A DNA stretch of 64,000 nucleotides from Botryllus schlosseri (taxonomy: Eukaryota), in NCBI GenBank assembly GCA_051294905.1, contig CM119371.1, forward strand, positions 19,966,001 to 20,030,000, written 5' to 3'. The notes beneath the pieces were generated by a model. That model was not told the DNA's origin. It made no database searches and saw nothing but the letters and a program-made list of their open reading frames with translations. Position 1 is the stretch's first letter. The number at the start of each line of letters is the position of its first letter. A program made the position numbers and the translations under genes. This document shows positions 26,843 through 39,616 of the stretch, in pieces.

Positions 26843-27130
26843 TTCACATTACTGGAACAGTTTTTATTAAAGAAAATATGAAAATTGCTTGTGTGAACAT
26901 AGTGTTAAGCAGTGTATAACGAAGTATAGTATATCACAGATCAAGAACGAGTACTATAGGGGCAAGTTAATGCATTCATATTGAAACAGTTTTTACTGAA
27001 GAAGATATGGAAATTGCTTGTGCGAACATAGTTTGACATTAGGGTATAACGAAACACATACAACTAAGTACAGAATATACAACTAAGTACAGAATATCAC
27101 AGATCAAGAACGAGAACTAGGGGCAAGTTA
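26843..27130. repeat. ~130-bp tandem duplication between the two Harbinger genes
   Basis: aacagttttta...aaattgcttgtg.gaacatag...tatcacagatcaagaacgag...ggggcaagtta occurs twice, with an internal duplicated atacaactaagtacaga. Confidence 0.75.
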
Positions 27131-27432
27131 CCGCATAAGAAAGGTAGAACCACAGCAAAAGACATGAAAAATGTCAAAAGCAAAAAATGCAGTGAAGAGA
27201 ATTTAGCATGTATCAACACAGAGGTAAACAACAATGTCAAAAACATACAGCCAGACTTGTGCAATCTACCAATTTAGTTAATTGACGTGGTGACTAAGTT
27301 ACGGATTTCGAAAACTGAGTAAGTCCTACTTCTAATTGCAGATTTTGAAAATTGAATCGTTCTAGTTTCCGATTTTCAAAAGCGAGTAGTTATAGTTCCA
27401 GTTGCACATATCCAGTCGTCATACAACATACA

Positions 27433-30245
27433 TCATTCTGCATCCTGTGCATCAATAACTTGTGTCTCGAGTGAAGACATCTGCTCACCCATGAATTGCA
27501 TAATACAGCTCATTGTAGAAATAGCTTTGACTGGTGGCAATTTCTCCAGCATCTTTGCAACCATGCTGCCAAAGTGGGCATATTCGTTTCTTGGACGGTT
27601 TGCAAGATGAGCAGTAAAGTCATTCATTGATTTAACGTTTTGGCTCATGAAGTCGGATATTGCGGCCTGCATATGGAAAATATAAGAATATCACCACTTT
27701 CAATAACTTTACTTGTACTATAAGCAGGGCTCTGGAGCCGGTGCCATGCATTTTTACCGGAGCTGGAGCCGGGGCTCTACATAAAATTCAGCCGGAGCTG
27801 GAGCTAGTTATTTGAGGGGTAGCTCCGGCTCCGACGTATTTCATAAGATGCTATTATGCAACAACCATATCTACTGAGTTCACATAATTCAACAGCAGGC
27901 CTTCGCGAAATCAAGATTATTTTCATCTTTGTTGCTGCAACCAATGTTACTGACGGCTGACAGACTCTAGATTACTATAGATAACTAACCTAATCTATAT
28001 AGACCAGGGGTGGCCAGCCTTTTCGGCTAAAGGGCCACATGAAATTGACGAACGAGTGCGCTGCCAACTAGCCGCGCCAGGCGCGTAAAATTTTCAAAGT
28101 TAATATTATTATTACTTGGGTATATTGCGGGTCGACTGTATACCGCCCACTGGGCTCAGTTTGCAAGGACAGGTCTATTCGGCATCTGGACATCTCGATA
28201 TCGAAGATTTCCGCTAATATACGACAATCATATTATTTTGTGCCTAATTTCATCGTCAACGATCTTTCTGCGAGCGCAGACGCGAAAAGACTTTCTCTCA
28301 TAATTGTGAATATATTTCGACTCAATCGGCTAAATCAGGCGTTTTGTCTATAAGCCTTCATCACATCCAACTCACCTGGAATTCTTGTTTATCAGCATAT
28401 TTCTTCCTCTTTCTAGAGACAACTTCGGTATGTGAGCTTGTTGGCTGATCCGCACACTCTACCTCATTTCTACCATCATCAGGCATAACCTGGCTTACAT
28501 CTTCTTGAGATTCATGAACTTGCATTACATCTTCTTCTTGGCTTGATTCTGCTGTTAACAAAGTTGCACACGTGAAGCAGACCAAACACATGAATTCATC
28601 CTGTGGCAGGTTACCAGTATTTGAAGAAACATCCAGTCTATCTCCATTCCCATCAGAATCTGGTGCAACATTTCCAATAGTTCTGATCGCAAAATAAGCA
28701 ATACCAAGTAAGAAATGTGGGCCATCTTGTAGTTATAGATATTTATATGATGTTAGGACTTACGGTTTATGCTTCAATTGATCAAGCAGAAAAGACATGG
28801 ACTGATAATGAGTAAACTCCTTGATAGTGCTTGCGGCAGAGCCACTGCTTTTGGCTTTCTTCAACTCGCCAACATATTTGCTGAACCTGTCTCGGAGTTG
28901 TTTCCAACGTTTTTTGCAGTTTGTCGCTGTAAACAATGTGAAAATTAATAAAAAACATCAATCATTATACTGTGACATAATACATTTATTTACAACTCCC
29001 TACCGGACAATTTTTGGTCATGTCGGTGTGACGAAATTGGTCACCGTAAATACTATTATTTCCAAAATAGCCGAAATGTCAATTCGACTGACCTCGGTTT
29101 CTCTGGTTGGAATTGAGTAAAATTTGGTGTGCAACGTACTTTTTTTAGGTAAACTCACGATTTGACAACTAAGTCTCGAAATATGAATAAAAAAAGTTTG
29201 TTTTTTGACACCCCTATTGCACATGCATAACAAGAGCAGTGTGTGTAGGTCGACAAATAGGACATTGCATAGACAATAGGATCAGTCTAGACTTCCCGGG
29301 GTGATACCACTGCATCCTCCGTTATGCATTGTTTACACAAATGGTAGGGGTGAGGAGGCCAAGATGAGACGTGCAATTTTTTCACAGAACAATTTTCTAA
29401 TGGACAGATTCCTTCAACTATGTTGTTCCCACAATGTCATTCTACAGTCCTACCATATTAACAAAGCAAACAGATTTGAGGTTGGGCAGAAAAATGACAA
29501 ATACTATATTTTCATGGTATGTGTAAGTTGCGTGAATTCATGTTTGTAAGGGCATAACTGTCATAGTATTTCATATTATAAAACAACATTACTGGAGCTG
29601 GGGTGGAGTGCAATATTAGCGGTGCAGTCATGCACTTACCTCTAAAAAGTAAGACATTGGGACAAATTAGGGAAAATACTTGAGGAAATTTTATGTTCGA
29701 CTGACATCTTTAAATTGAAAAGGTTTCGCAAACAATAAACTATCTCCTTACCAGTATTTTTATTTTTCCACAAACTCCAACAAAATGTCTCTAAACAGCA
29801 AAATGATTGTATCAGTAGGTTATTGGCAATTTGGCAATTAAAATGAATTTACACAGTACGATATTTCATGCCCGGCGATTATTCTGATGATGTGAGTCAT
29901 CAGGATTTAGTAGTTGGGGAGCAAAACTGCGTCGTGATTTCCCTAATTTAAAAAATTTGAAATTCGTTTATCAATCATTTTAAAAATTTATAGGTCTCGC
30001 GTCTCGCAGACCCCCTTAAATTGCTTCGCAGACCCCCGGTTGAGAACCACTGGGGCTATACCATACCATACACTCATAACCATAAACTCGTCATGCTTAC
30101 CTGTTGTATCGTATTTAGCGAGTTTTTCGCTGATCTTTATCCAAATATTATCTTTTCGTATTTTATCCAAAAATTTCGTATGTGTAGAGTCATAGAGCAC
30201 TGGGTAGTCCCGGACGCTCTCGATCAGATCCTCATTAAAATTCAT
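27433..30245 (-). CDS. Harbinger DNA-binding protein, MADF (Myb/SANT-like) plus BESS-like C-terminus, 5 exons, ~261 aa
   Basis: Exons 30245-30101, 28926-28764, 28682-28615, 28551-28376, 27666-27433 are all GT-AG and in frame. Motifs LIESVRDYPVLYD...IW...CKKRWKQLRDRF...SGS...MSFL; NLS RKRKK; EYAHFGSMVAKMLEKLP. Confidence 0.85.
27725..28350. mobile_element. Truncated copy of the compound GGAGCC MITE in intron 4 of the MADF gene
   Basis: Colinear with 6196-6970, including the junction atctatatagac|cagg..tggcca of the nested MITE. Confidence 0.8.
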
Positions 30246-31194
30246 ATCAAATGCACAGCATATAAATAGGCCTGTCACTGCATACAAGAAAATATGAGTA
30301 AAAACAATAGGGCCCTTTCCATCACAAGAACTGAGCCCCAACATATTATATCTACCGATCTATCTATCTATCTATATCTATCTATCTATCTGTATATTTA
30401 TCAATGATTCAATATACCAACATATCTGGTGCCATGATTGCCGACCATCTCATATTGTTCTCAACAAGTACCGGTATACAGTGCGGTAAACAATATTGGC
30501 ACTGTACTCCACTACAATTGAAGTAAATTAGTACTGTTATTTCAAACAACAACGCCACTGCCACAGCATCTCTTCTCCCTGCGATTCACAACACTCAACA
30601 AAACATCGCCCAGCAAGCCAAATACGACTGAAGCACACGGTGAACGACCAGCCGTCGGCGCCGATAGCCGATAAAGTTAAAAATATTTTAACTCGATTCG
30701 CGCCGGTAGGCTTTCGGCCAGGCTCGCGAAAAACGAGAGAACGCTTCTTCGTACGCGACCTGTCTGTATCGCATAGGTTTTCGGCTATCGGCTAGGTTTC
30801 CGGCTATAGGCTAGGTTTTCGGCAATAGGCGTCCTGTCTGGCGATCCCTTTAGTCTTTTGTATGTAGTTGGATTGGAGTTGGGTTCGGTATGGAGTTGGT
30901 CTTGGAGTATCTTTGTGTGGAGTTGTTACTGTGTTAAGTCTTGGATTGGATCGGAAGTATTGATGTGTTTATTGTGCCTGCCTTTGTTGTAATATATCCG
31001 TCGAATCTGCAATGTGTCTCTGGATCCAGACGAACCTGAAGTAATATAGCCGCATTCAGTTAGATAGCGAAGACTACGACCGAACGGCTACACTTGTGAC
31101 TTGGTTACAACCCTGGCATGAAGCCTCAATAGTTACATGAGTGGGGTGACTAGACAAAGAACACAGTGACATTTGCAGCATATTATGAATGTCT

Positions 31195-31670
31195 CTTACT
31201 ATATGTGATTTTGTTCAAATGGAGGTTGATGAAAGCGTGTTTCCCATTCTTTCCGACTCTGCTATAATTTCACCAGACTGGCAACCTTCTTCATGATGCT
31301 TTTTGCTGACTGACCAATATTGTCGCCGCCAACGGTACGAGTGCAAATGTCTGATATGTCAATATAGGAACAGAATTAGTTGACTGTTCATGACCGTCCA
31401 CGTTCAGAGTTGCATCTCAAAGATGCTAAAATAAGCCTAAATATAATCCAAGCAATACGATCGTCCACTTTGACTGACTGAATTTCTAAAAATAATAAAC
31501 ATAACACCTTGATAGCTTCCACATCTTACGTTTATATATACCGTCTGCTATCGGCAAGCATTTGAAAATAACAAAACAGATTCAACATACCACATCTCTT
31601 GCAAATGCTTTTGCTTTCATTCAATATGTCATCAAACTTCTTTAAATCCTCCTTTGTGGTGAGTGGCTTC
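31195..31670 (-). pseudogene. DUF4806-like (transposon accessory protein) remnant
   Basis: Translated fragments KPLTTKEDLKKFDDIL, RTVGGDNIGQSAKSIMKKV and, after a frameshift, YSRVGKNGKHAFINLHLNKI resemble the DUF4806 pattern from memory. Confidence 0.4.
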
Positions 31671-31796
31671 GTTTTATCATATACAATCTATGGCGGAATA
31701 AAAGTTTCGGATAAGTTCTAAAACGAACACAATTTTCCACACAAAAGTCAATTGCCACACGAAATGCCAAATGCTACGGTCCCATTTTACAAGGTA

Positions 31797-31987
31797 TGGC
31801 GAGGTGACGTAGTGGTACCATCCATTATAGCTAAACACCAATGAATTGCGGGTTCGAGCCTGACACGTCGACTCCATAATTCCTACCGAAGTGTTGGCCG
31901 TTTATCTAGGCTCCTCCTCGCCATCTGATCCGCATAGCCATGTCTTAAAAAGCCTAGGAGTAGGCCGTGCTATAAGTGGGCAGATGG
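31797..31987 (+). mobile_element. 5' part of a tRNA-derived SINE (family of 10409)
   Basis: B-box-like GGGTTCGAGCC; shares ggctcctc.tcgcc and gccgtgcta.aagt.ggcag with 10409-10791. Confidence 0.55.
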
Positions 31988-32100
31988 TTGCCGATGAACT
32001 CGGCACTTGGTGAATTCGGCCCTCGGGAAATTTTGTAATGAGGTGTATTAACAGCTATTAATATGAATTATTAAACTAATAATAGTATTATCAAGTGATT

Positions 32101-33568
32101 CGTCAATCTTGTAAGGAGGTCAGGGCATCCGTAGATCACGCAGTCACGGCGTGATTAGATCACGGATTGCGTAGCCGCGGGAAATAACGCAGCGCTCATA
32201 TACCAACCACGCGCGGTCTGCTTGGAATCGATGGCGTGAGTGACGGGCATGTGTCGTGTAAGTTTTGAGAAGATGGATCTTGGCGTTGTATGTGAGATCG
32301 AAAATGTGGAAGATCAAGCGGCGCTTCTTCGTTTATCGATCACGACAAGCCAGTGTTCCTCATCAACAAATGTTTCGCATGATCACGTCAAAATAAATTA
32401 TTTTTTTGCCTTTGGAGAGACGATTCCACTCTGGGGTTAGGGTGTCTCGATAACAGGGTTAAAGGATCCCAAGATTACGAGATCTACCGCGAGCCACGAC
32501 ACGTTTAAATTTCCTTTTTATACTGTTCATTCATATTAAATTCATTTCTAATGCGAAGGTGTTCTAGTCAGACGTGGTCAAAGTAGTCAAGAAAGCTACT
32601 CAAGTAGAAGTAGAAGTAGCGACGGAAAAATCTACTCAAGTACGAGTAGAAGTACTTCTTCCATAAGTCACCTAAAACTACTTGAAGTAGAAGTAGAATT
32701 GACTGACTTTAAATCTACTCAAGTAAGTAAGTAGTTTTGAAAACAGTCCCAATTCGTTCGCATGGACTGTCAAAAGCTGCAAATTGAGCTATGCGGAAGG
32801 TGCAAAGAGCTTGATTCGTATTGATGCATCCCAGGAGGTATCAATTTCCGACGGAATAAGCATTCTTTCGCATCATGGGATGCAAATTATAGTATTGATA
32901 TGAAAATTCGATATTAACCCTTTGTTTACTAGAAGACCGCATTTTAGAGAATATTATGGCATGGCGCCCTACCTCATATTATAAGGCCCCAAGTTTAGGC
33001 GAAGAGCAATACGTAGAAGTTGTATCGGATACGGTTTCAACACGATTAGCGCGATTAGCATACAAATATTTTATAAAAATTAGTATACAAATATTGTTGA
33101 TCGTAAAATTTATATTTAGTGTAGCGTTATTTTCGGAAAATAGAGGCATTACTACACTTGCTTTTATGCTTCAACATGTATGTACTGCAGACAAAATAAC
33201 TGAAAGTAATTATAACTCAAAGTATGATACTCCGAGTATCATATTCGGAATTGAAAGTGAAATACAAATACCACTTCTAAAAAGCGGAAAATATATTTGA
33301 TGTCTTTTGTCCATAAAGCTTCAAAGGTGATCTGCTAAAACAGGCAGATACTTGAGTAAGTAGCAGAAGTAGAGGAAAACTACTTGAGTACTTCCAAAAA
33401 GTATAAGTACTTCGTTACTGACCACCTCTGGTTCTAGTGCCAATTCCTCCAAGGGCCGAGTTCACCAAGTGAAGAGCGTCGCGTTATTTCCCGCGATTAC
33501 GCAATCTGTGATCTAATCATGCCGTGACTGTGTGATCTACGCATGCCCTGACCCCCGTACAACATTGA
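32101..33568. repeat. ~95-bp inverted repeat pair (32101-32197 / 33473-33568), with nearby GCCGAGTTCACCAAGT-type repeats
   Basis: gtcagggcatccgtagatcac...gcgggaaataacgc versus gcgttatttcccgc...gtgatctacgcatgccctgac. Confidence 0.7.
32569..33430. mobile_element. hAT MITE with AGTAG/CTACT repeats
   Basis: TIR CAGA(C/G)GTGGTCA; perfect TSD GTTCTAGT. Relatives at 38724-38989 and a partial copy ending at 56850. Confidence 0.88.
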
Positions 33569-34564
33569 CAACCACTCAAAGTGCCAAGTTCACCGGCAAA
33601 CATTCCAGTAACCAATCATGGCGACCGGTACCGCTACCAGATCTACCACGGCCGAATTCACCAAGTGCCGAGTTTGTGCGGCTGAATTCACTAAGTGCCG
33701 AGTTCACTGGTAATCGGGCAGATACGGAATGATAATAATAAGAACCGACCTGGGGTAAAATGACCAGTGTAGTCGAACCACCACCATGAACACCGCAAAC
33801 AAACAAACAAACATCTAACATGGAAAAGAAATTACCTTTACAGCCTTTGACAAACACAGTTACCATTGAAATCAGCAATTTAGGTCTTATTCGAAAGCAG
33901 AATAACAACTGTTTTAGCGGACATATCAAATCAAATGTTGGAAAGTTTATGTAAATTAGCCCAAAATATTATCTTACTGTGACCATATTCTATCAATATG
34001 GTCTGGCTAGCCAAATTCTCTGGGCCAACATAAACAAGCTGCGTTTGGTTTCAACGATTAATAATCTTGTCACTGGATTCGAGGTATAATTGCACTCAAT
34101 TATCAAATTTTGCTCCATTAATCAACATCAAGTTGAAAATGTCCATTATTGCACCAACTTTTATAAAATCACGAATCAGTGTTCTACAGGTATGTATCTA
34201 TATGACTTATATACCTAGAAAATTCAAGCATAAATATTATGATATACCGTAGGTATAGGTACCGGTAATTCAGATGTTTGAAGCGAATTGGACAACTAGA
34301 TAATTATAGTGGTCTAATTTCACTAAATTAGAGCGAAATGCCAGCAATATAATTGTAATCTAATTCGGAAAAAACGGTTTAGCTCTAATTCTAGCCTGGA
34401 AAAGCTGAAACTTTTCTATAGTTGTCTACACCTGTTTTGCAGAAAGTCAAACAGCTCTAGGCGTCATATACTACAGGCAATTTGAAATACCCCATAAGCT
34501 ATATGCTACTGCGTATATACCTTTAACCCGCTACCTCAGTCAGTCACAATTCCTATATATTTAC

Positions 34565-36506
34565 CAGTGGCGGCTCGTGACAATATCGGGTGGTGGGGAA
34601 AGGGCTGCAAGCGACTTTTATCAACATGACGTCACAATGGCGTTTTCCAACGTAAACAAGTAACTTAATGATGGTACGGTAACATGAATTTCCCGGCAAC
34701 AGTGATTTTAACGTATGTGCCACGAGAGGTCTGCTGGTGAGCTGTGACTTGAAGTGTGGTGACTGCGTAAACGGCGTACGGAACAAAGATTCAACACGGT
34801 TCATGTTCGCATTAGACCTGACTAATTATCTGCAGAAATGGAAATGACTATAACTCGAGAGATAGCGTAAGCCTAATTGGAAAGGTCAACGAATTCGGAC
34901 AGATACGCAATTGTTATCTCATAGATTGGGCCTGTCCTATTGAATCCAAAACATCATTCTAAAGAACTAAGAATAGCAGCCTCGGAAATTTGGTCTCGGT
35001 AGTCGGTACAGCATAAGAGATTTTGGCCTTGAAACTGGAGACTGTAACACGACACATACGTTTTTATTACTGTCTTATAGGTCTGCTGCGAAATGGCGTT
35101 TGGAAAATATATTACCGAATAAATACGTGGATGAAAGCCTTAAACTTGGTACACTGTTACATGACATTATCGAGAACTGGCCTCATGGCCCTTTTCGGTA
35201 TGGTACACTGTCAAAATTAATGCGAACAGACCAACACCGAATTTTGCGTAAAATTTACTGAGGAATAGGCTGATCAAGTGATCAGCTGTTAGCCGCCATC
35301 GAAAACGAAATAACTATCGCGCTTGACAGGGGGTTGTAAGCAAATGGCTTGAAGGCCACAATTTCACGGTGAAATTGACATTGGAGAATATAATATCAAA
35401 GTAAATATTTGAATGCAAACTGAGAATGATATCATTATCTCTGTTAACGTTACCGCAGATACACCGGCTTTTGCGTGAAATCCGCAATGTGTTGTAGGCT
35501 AAAGTGTCAGATCGGAGCACATCTTTACCACACTCGACCTTGATAACGAAATTACTGCCCTACTCATTGAGTGTCAACCTTTAGACTTGGCACAGCGTTC
35601 GATACTAAAATCAAGACATACCGTGCAAAAGCTTATGACGGATCTAGGTACGGAGCATCGTTAAAATCAATAGAGACCAATACCGGCTTTGCGTATAATC
35701 TGTTAGCGATAAATGACTAGTCAGCTCTCACTCGAATTAGGAAGCCAAATTACCACTAACACAGTTCAGTGACAAACTTAAAACTTGGTACAGCGTTCGA
35801 TACTAACATTAAGACTTTCCGTGCCAAATGTCATAACCGATCTCGGTATTGAACATCGTCAAAACCAATGGATACCAATACCGGCTTTTGAGTAAAATCT
35901 GTTTGCGATACATGACGGATCAGCACACACTCAACTTCGGAAACGGAATTACTACCCTAAACTTTAAGTAGAAACCCTGAAACTTGGTGCAGTGTTAAAT
36001 ACCACCATCACGACATGACAGAACAAGTTTCAAGAGTTTTCATGGTGTGAAACCCCATTAAAATCGACCTTTACCAGCAAAGGTCGACTAAACGCAGATG
36101 ACGGTAACAGAGTTCAGCTATAGATACGATTGTTACATCACACCTTAAGGGCACAGAGCTATCGTGCCCCGGTTGCTCCGTAATTTTATGAATAGGAGAG
36201 AGTAAATCACCGTTTCTTTATTGTGCGCGGCTTTGAGAGAATAGACAGTGAAAGCTTGTTATGAGCGCTACCGGAGCAAGCCCCGGCTAGGCATTCGCAA
36301 AGCGAAAACACAGAAGAGAATTCGATTATCGCAGAGACTTCGCTATATATGGGCATTTACAAGCGAAAGGACAAGAAGTATACGATTTTCGCTGTGATTT
36401 CGGTTTATATAGATAGGTGTGCGTCTATAAATGGTGAAGAATTGTTATTGAACAGAATTTTAGGTGGGGCAATGCCCCAGTTGCCCTATAGGACGAGCCG
36501 CCACTG
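34565..36506. mobile_element. Non-autonomous hAT element containing ~200-bp tandem repeats
   Basis: 14-bp TIR CAGTGGCGGCTCGT; perfect TSD ATATTTAC (34557-34564, 36507-36514). Confidence 0.88.
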
Positions 36507-36799
36507 ATATTTACGGCATTTACCATACAGAAAGAGCGAACTATGCCTGGCTGCGACCTAGCTGTTGCGCGTCAAATCTTTGTCCGGCGCGATGACGTAA
36601 AATTTGAATCGCCGAAATATTCTAGAAGTCACGCATCGATAATCATATTCCTAAACGTACAACATCTCACTTATTTAGTTATTCTCTGAATAAAACTATT
36701 AGCCATACTCGTTGAACATGCGAGATTACCGAAAGAGCGAATATATATATAATGAAGATCATATATATCAGATTAAATAGTATATTCATATTGAAATGA

Positions 36800-36833
36800 A
36801 CCCGAATATTTTCGGCTGACACTCGTCAGGGGT
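36800..36833 (-). ncRNA. Minimal type I hammerhead ribozyme
   Basis: Reverse complement ACCC-CTGACGA-GTGTCAGCC-GAAA-ATAT-TC-GGGT: canonical core and palindromic helix III region AATATT. Confidence 0.8.
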
Positions 36834-37273
36834 AATCGTCAGCAACTAGCAGAGAATTGGAAAGAACATTGTATGTCAACAATCGTATCACAAAATATGA
36901 CGTCACCAGCATGAAATTTCGAATAAGAGAGCGTTCAATGTACTATTTTTAGGTGATACACGAACTCCTTTTGTTGACAGAGTTTTGGTAGGTGTATTTT
37001 GATAAAAGTTGATTCCAAGGCACACAAATGGAATTGTGAACGGCTTCGACCTACGATTCGAAATCGGTCGTCTCGATAATTATTCGCACAAATCGGATTA
37101 TCCAACAGATGTTTGCCGATGGCAGAATTAATTGCCTTTGATCGATCAGCATCAATCTTAAGTGGATGAGTTAAGGGTGAGCTTGTCACATCGCGTGACG
37201 CACGTGTTCTGATAAATCTGGGGACATGTTGGTTTATGCGGTCCTGCAGACGTCTTGACGTTCTTCCAACGTA

Positions 37274-37306
37274 GCCCTGACGAGTGTCAGCCGAAAATAT
37301 TCGGGT
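37274..37306 (+). ncRNA. Minimal hammerhead ribozyme in the inverted pLTR (stem I shortened)
   Basis: CC-CTGACGA-GTGTCAGCC-GAAA-ATAT-TC-GGGT. Confidence 0.7.
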
Positions 37307-38175
37307 TCATTTCAATATGAATATACTATTTAATTGTATATTGAAGTTCTGTACCTCCAAGAAGCTCTTCAAATATATATCAGAAGAAAACAAAACTGTT
37401 CGACCTTAGAGCAACAACACGAATATACAACACCGGTGACATCCTCACGCAATAAAACGAAGGGAGAACATTGTTTTCTAATGGATAGACCGAAGCTACT
37501 GCATGAGATCGAACAAAACCGGATGGGAATTCATCGTGATTGAATGTACCGACAAAGTCATCCTTTCTACGTATTTTAGTCATACCAGCGAGAGATAGAA
37601 AATTTGCATTATTAGGTTAACTACCGGATATAACGAAGCCTAATGCATGAGATGGAACAACACCGAGTATGAATTTATTCTGATTGAATATAACCACAAG
37701 ACCATCCTACTACGTATTTTAGACATTCCCTCGACACTTAGAAAATCAGAACCTAATCGAGATGTTCCCGGATGATCCTTTTACGGTTTTGTGTTTGCTG
37801 GGGCTGTTATATCAAAAAATATAGAATCGCCCAAACGTAGGCTTCTAAACTAAGGCTGCGTTCATCGTTTGTTTTGATACCTACTGTGAAACCAGTCGTC
37901 AAAACCAACCCGTTCACATAGCATGAAGTTCTCGAACCAGTACGAAATTTTGGCGTTCACACTCGAGTGATTTTGATATCTTGGCCTCAAAACATGAGCG
38001 TTCATACTTCAGCGTGGTTACGAAGACTAGCCGTTTTGCGGGCTCGTTATCGGGCTATTTAACGCGACGTTACATCTGCGGTGGACGGTATTTTGGCGTT
38101 GGTGCGAGATTCGTCAAACCTGCTCTCCAACCTGGTTTGGGCGTGCGCTGACTATCCAATATCTTTACAGAGTAG

Positions 38176-39616
38176 ATGGAGGGTAACGTATTGCGTAGCC
38201 GTGGCATTTTGTGGAGACCGCAGGAAGTTGTAAAACTGGTGCAGGAGTGGAAGACTGAGAGACTTCAGGCCATGACACTCGTCGGAAAACCGAATAAAGA
38301 AATATTCACCATAATTTCGAATAGTTTGAACAAGCTGGGAATGGAAAGATCTCCAGATTGCTGCTTAAAAAAGTTACAGGCCCTTAAGCGGGAATTCAGA
38401 AAGTATAAAGACAAAGTTAACAGCAGCGGTGAAGCAGGCGACCTTTATCCTCCCGCGTCTATTGCTGATGTATATGAAGATTTGAATGAAACCATTGGGA
38501 AAGACCCACTGACTATATCATCGCTGATAACCTCGGATAATCTCGATGGTAAGTTTTTTTACAAGTGATGCAGTTGGACATAGATGGATCAGATATGTTA
38601 TTGGAATGGCAGAAGTGTAATGAGTTTGCTCTAAAAACAACACCGCTCTCATTTTTACAACTGTGACAAAGATGTGGTAAAAAGTGTGTAACACACACAG
38701 TATGTCATGTTACACAGTACGTCCAGAGGTGGTCAGTAACGAAGTACTTCTACTTTTTGAAATACTTGAAGTAGATTTTGCCTACTCACACTACTTTTTA
38801 AGTAGTTATGATTCTAGACTACTTCTACTTCTACTTGGCAGTTTTCAGTTTTGTAGGCAAAAATAAGCGTAGAATACCTACTTACTTACTTACTTGTGAA
38901 CCAACACTCCTACTTCTACTTGAGTGGAAATTCCGGCGTTACTTCTACTTCTACTTGAGTAGCGACAGTGACTACTTTGACCACCTCTGAGTACGTCACA
39001 GCATGTCAGTATGTCACAGATATGTCATTTTCCTTATAGAAGCCTTTAGATTGAGACAAACCAGCAAGCAGTCATATTATTTTATATTCCTTTAATTTCA
39101 AACCTAATATGTTGTTTCAGATTCTTATGCGAGTACTAGTTCGAGCAGCAGTGAAGTGAAGACAAGAAGAAAGAGGAAGTTAGATGCTTCAAGTAAATAT
39201 AGACCGTCTGATTGATACATAGTGACACTCTTATCTATAGGCAGCGGTATATAGTTATATGCAGTCATGGTTTTATGTGAAGCTTGTGTTATCATGATGT
39301 AATCACTATATAATCAGCTGACTTTCTTGCCATCAGTCTTGTGAGCAGTGTCATTTTATGCGGGTGAATCAATGCAGACAATGATCGAGAATGCTGAAGA
39401 CAGACAAGACAAGAGGTTTAAACAGTGGATGCAGTTTCAGGTGAGTCATTCATCAAAAGGCTTGTCATGAGCTGCCACGATACTTCCCATGATGAGTATG
39501 TAAAAAAGTTTGAAAATTTTCAGGCAGAAGAAAATGAGAAAGAGAGGAAGCACGATGTTGAGATGTTACGAAGCTTACTTGGCCTTGAAAGTCGAGCTGA
39601 AAGCTATTCAATGTAA
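38176..39616 (+). CDS. Harbinger Myb/SANT-like (trihelix) DNA-binding protein, ~4 exons
   Basis: Exons 38176-38548, 39121-39192, ~39349-39440, 39524-39616. Motifs WRPQEVVKLVQEW...NKEIFTIIS...RSPDCCLKKLQALKREFRK...SSG; NLS RRKRK; coiled coil ERKHDVEML. The exon 3 acceptor and the 3' end are less certain. Confidence 0.8.
38724..38989. mobile_element. hAT MITE (CTACT family) in intron 1 of the Myb/SANT gene
   Basis: TIR CAGAGGTGGTCA; perfect TSD AGTACGTC. Confidence 0.9.

Larger units (their letters stand above)
25657..30849. mobile_element. PIF/Harbinger transposon 1
   Basis: 49-bp TIR AGGGATCGCCAGACAGGACGCCTATTGCCGAAAACCTA(A/G)CCTATAGCCG with one mismatch; TTA on both flanks; convergent nuclease and MADF genes. 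Confidence 0.93.
24065..31092 (+). mobile_element. Non-autonomous LTR retrotransposon (TRIM/LARD-like); 3' LTR interrupted by a Harbinger
   Basis: 5' LTR 24065-24406 (TGTAAC...GCTACA); 3' LTR 25550-25653 plus 30853-31092, near identical. TSD CTTG; PBS TGGCGAGC at 24409; PPT GGGAACGGGGATG before 25550; 1.14-kb internal region without pol. Confidence 0.9.
23597..31115. mobile_element. hAT MITE (GACTC/GAGTC family) split by the LTR element
   Basis: TIR CAGGGTTGTAA / TTACAACCCTG; perfect TSD GCATGAAG (23589-23596, 31116-31123). An uninterrupted relative lies at 46728-47260. Confidence 0.9.
36773..37378 (-). mobile_element. 5'-truncated Penelope-like element with inverted pLTR
   Basis: The minus-strand frame 37275-36935 reads GYVGRTSRRLQDRINQH...SAIGKHL...LESTFI...LCQQKEF (GIY-YIG). 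36773-36831 is repeated in inverted orientation at 37275-37333. Confidence 0.9.

Noticed and set aside
30355..30395. (TATC)n tract; also (CA)n at 21249 and (TATGT)n at 44713
   Set aside because: Ordinary microsatellites.
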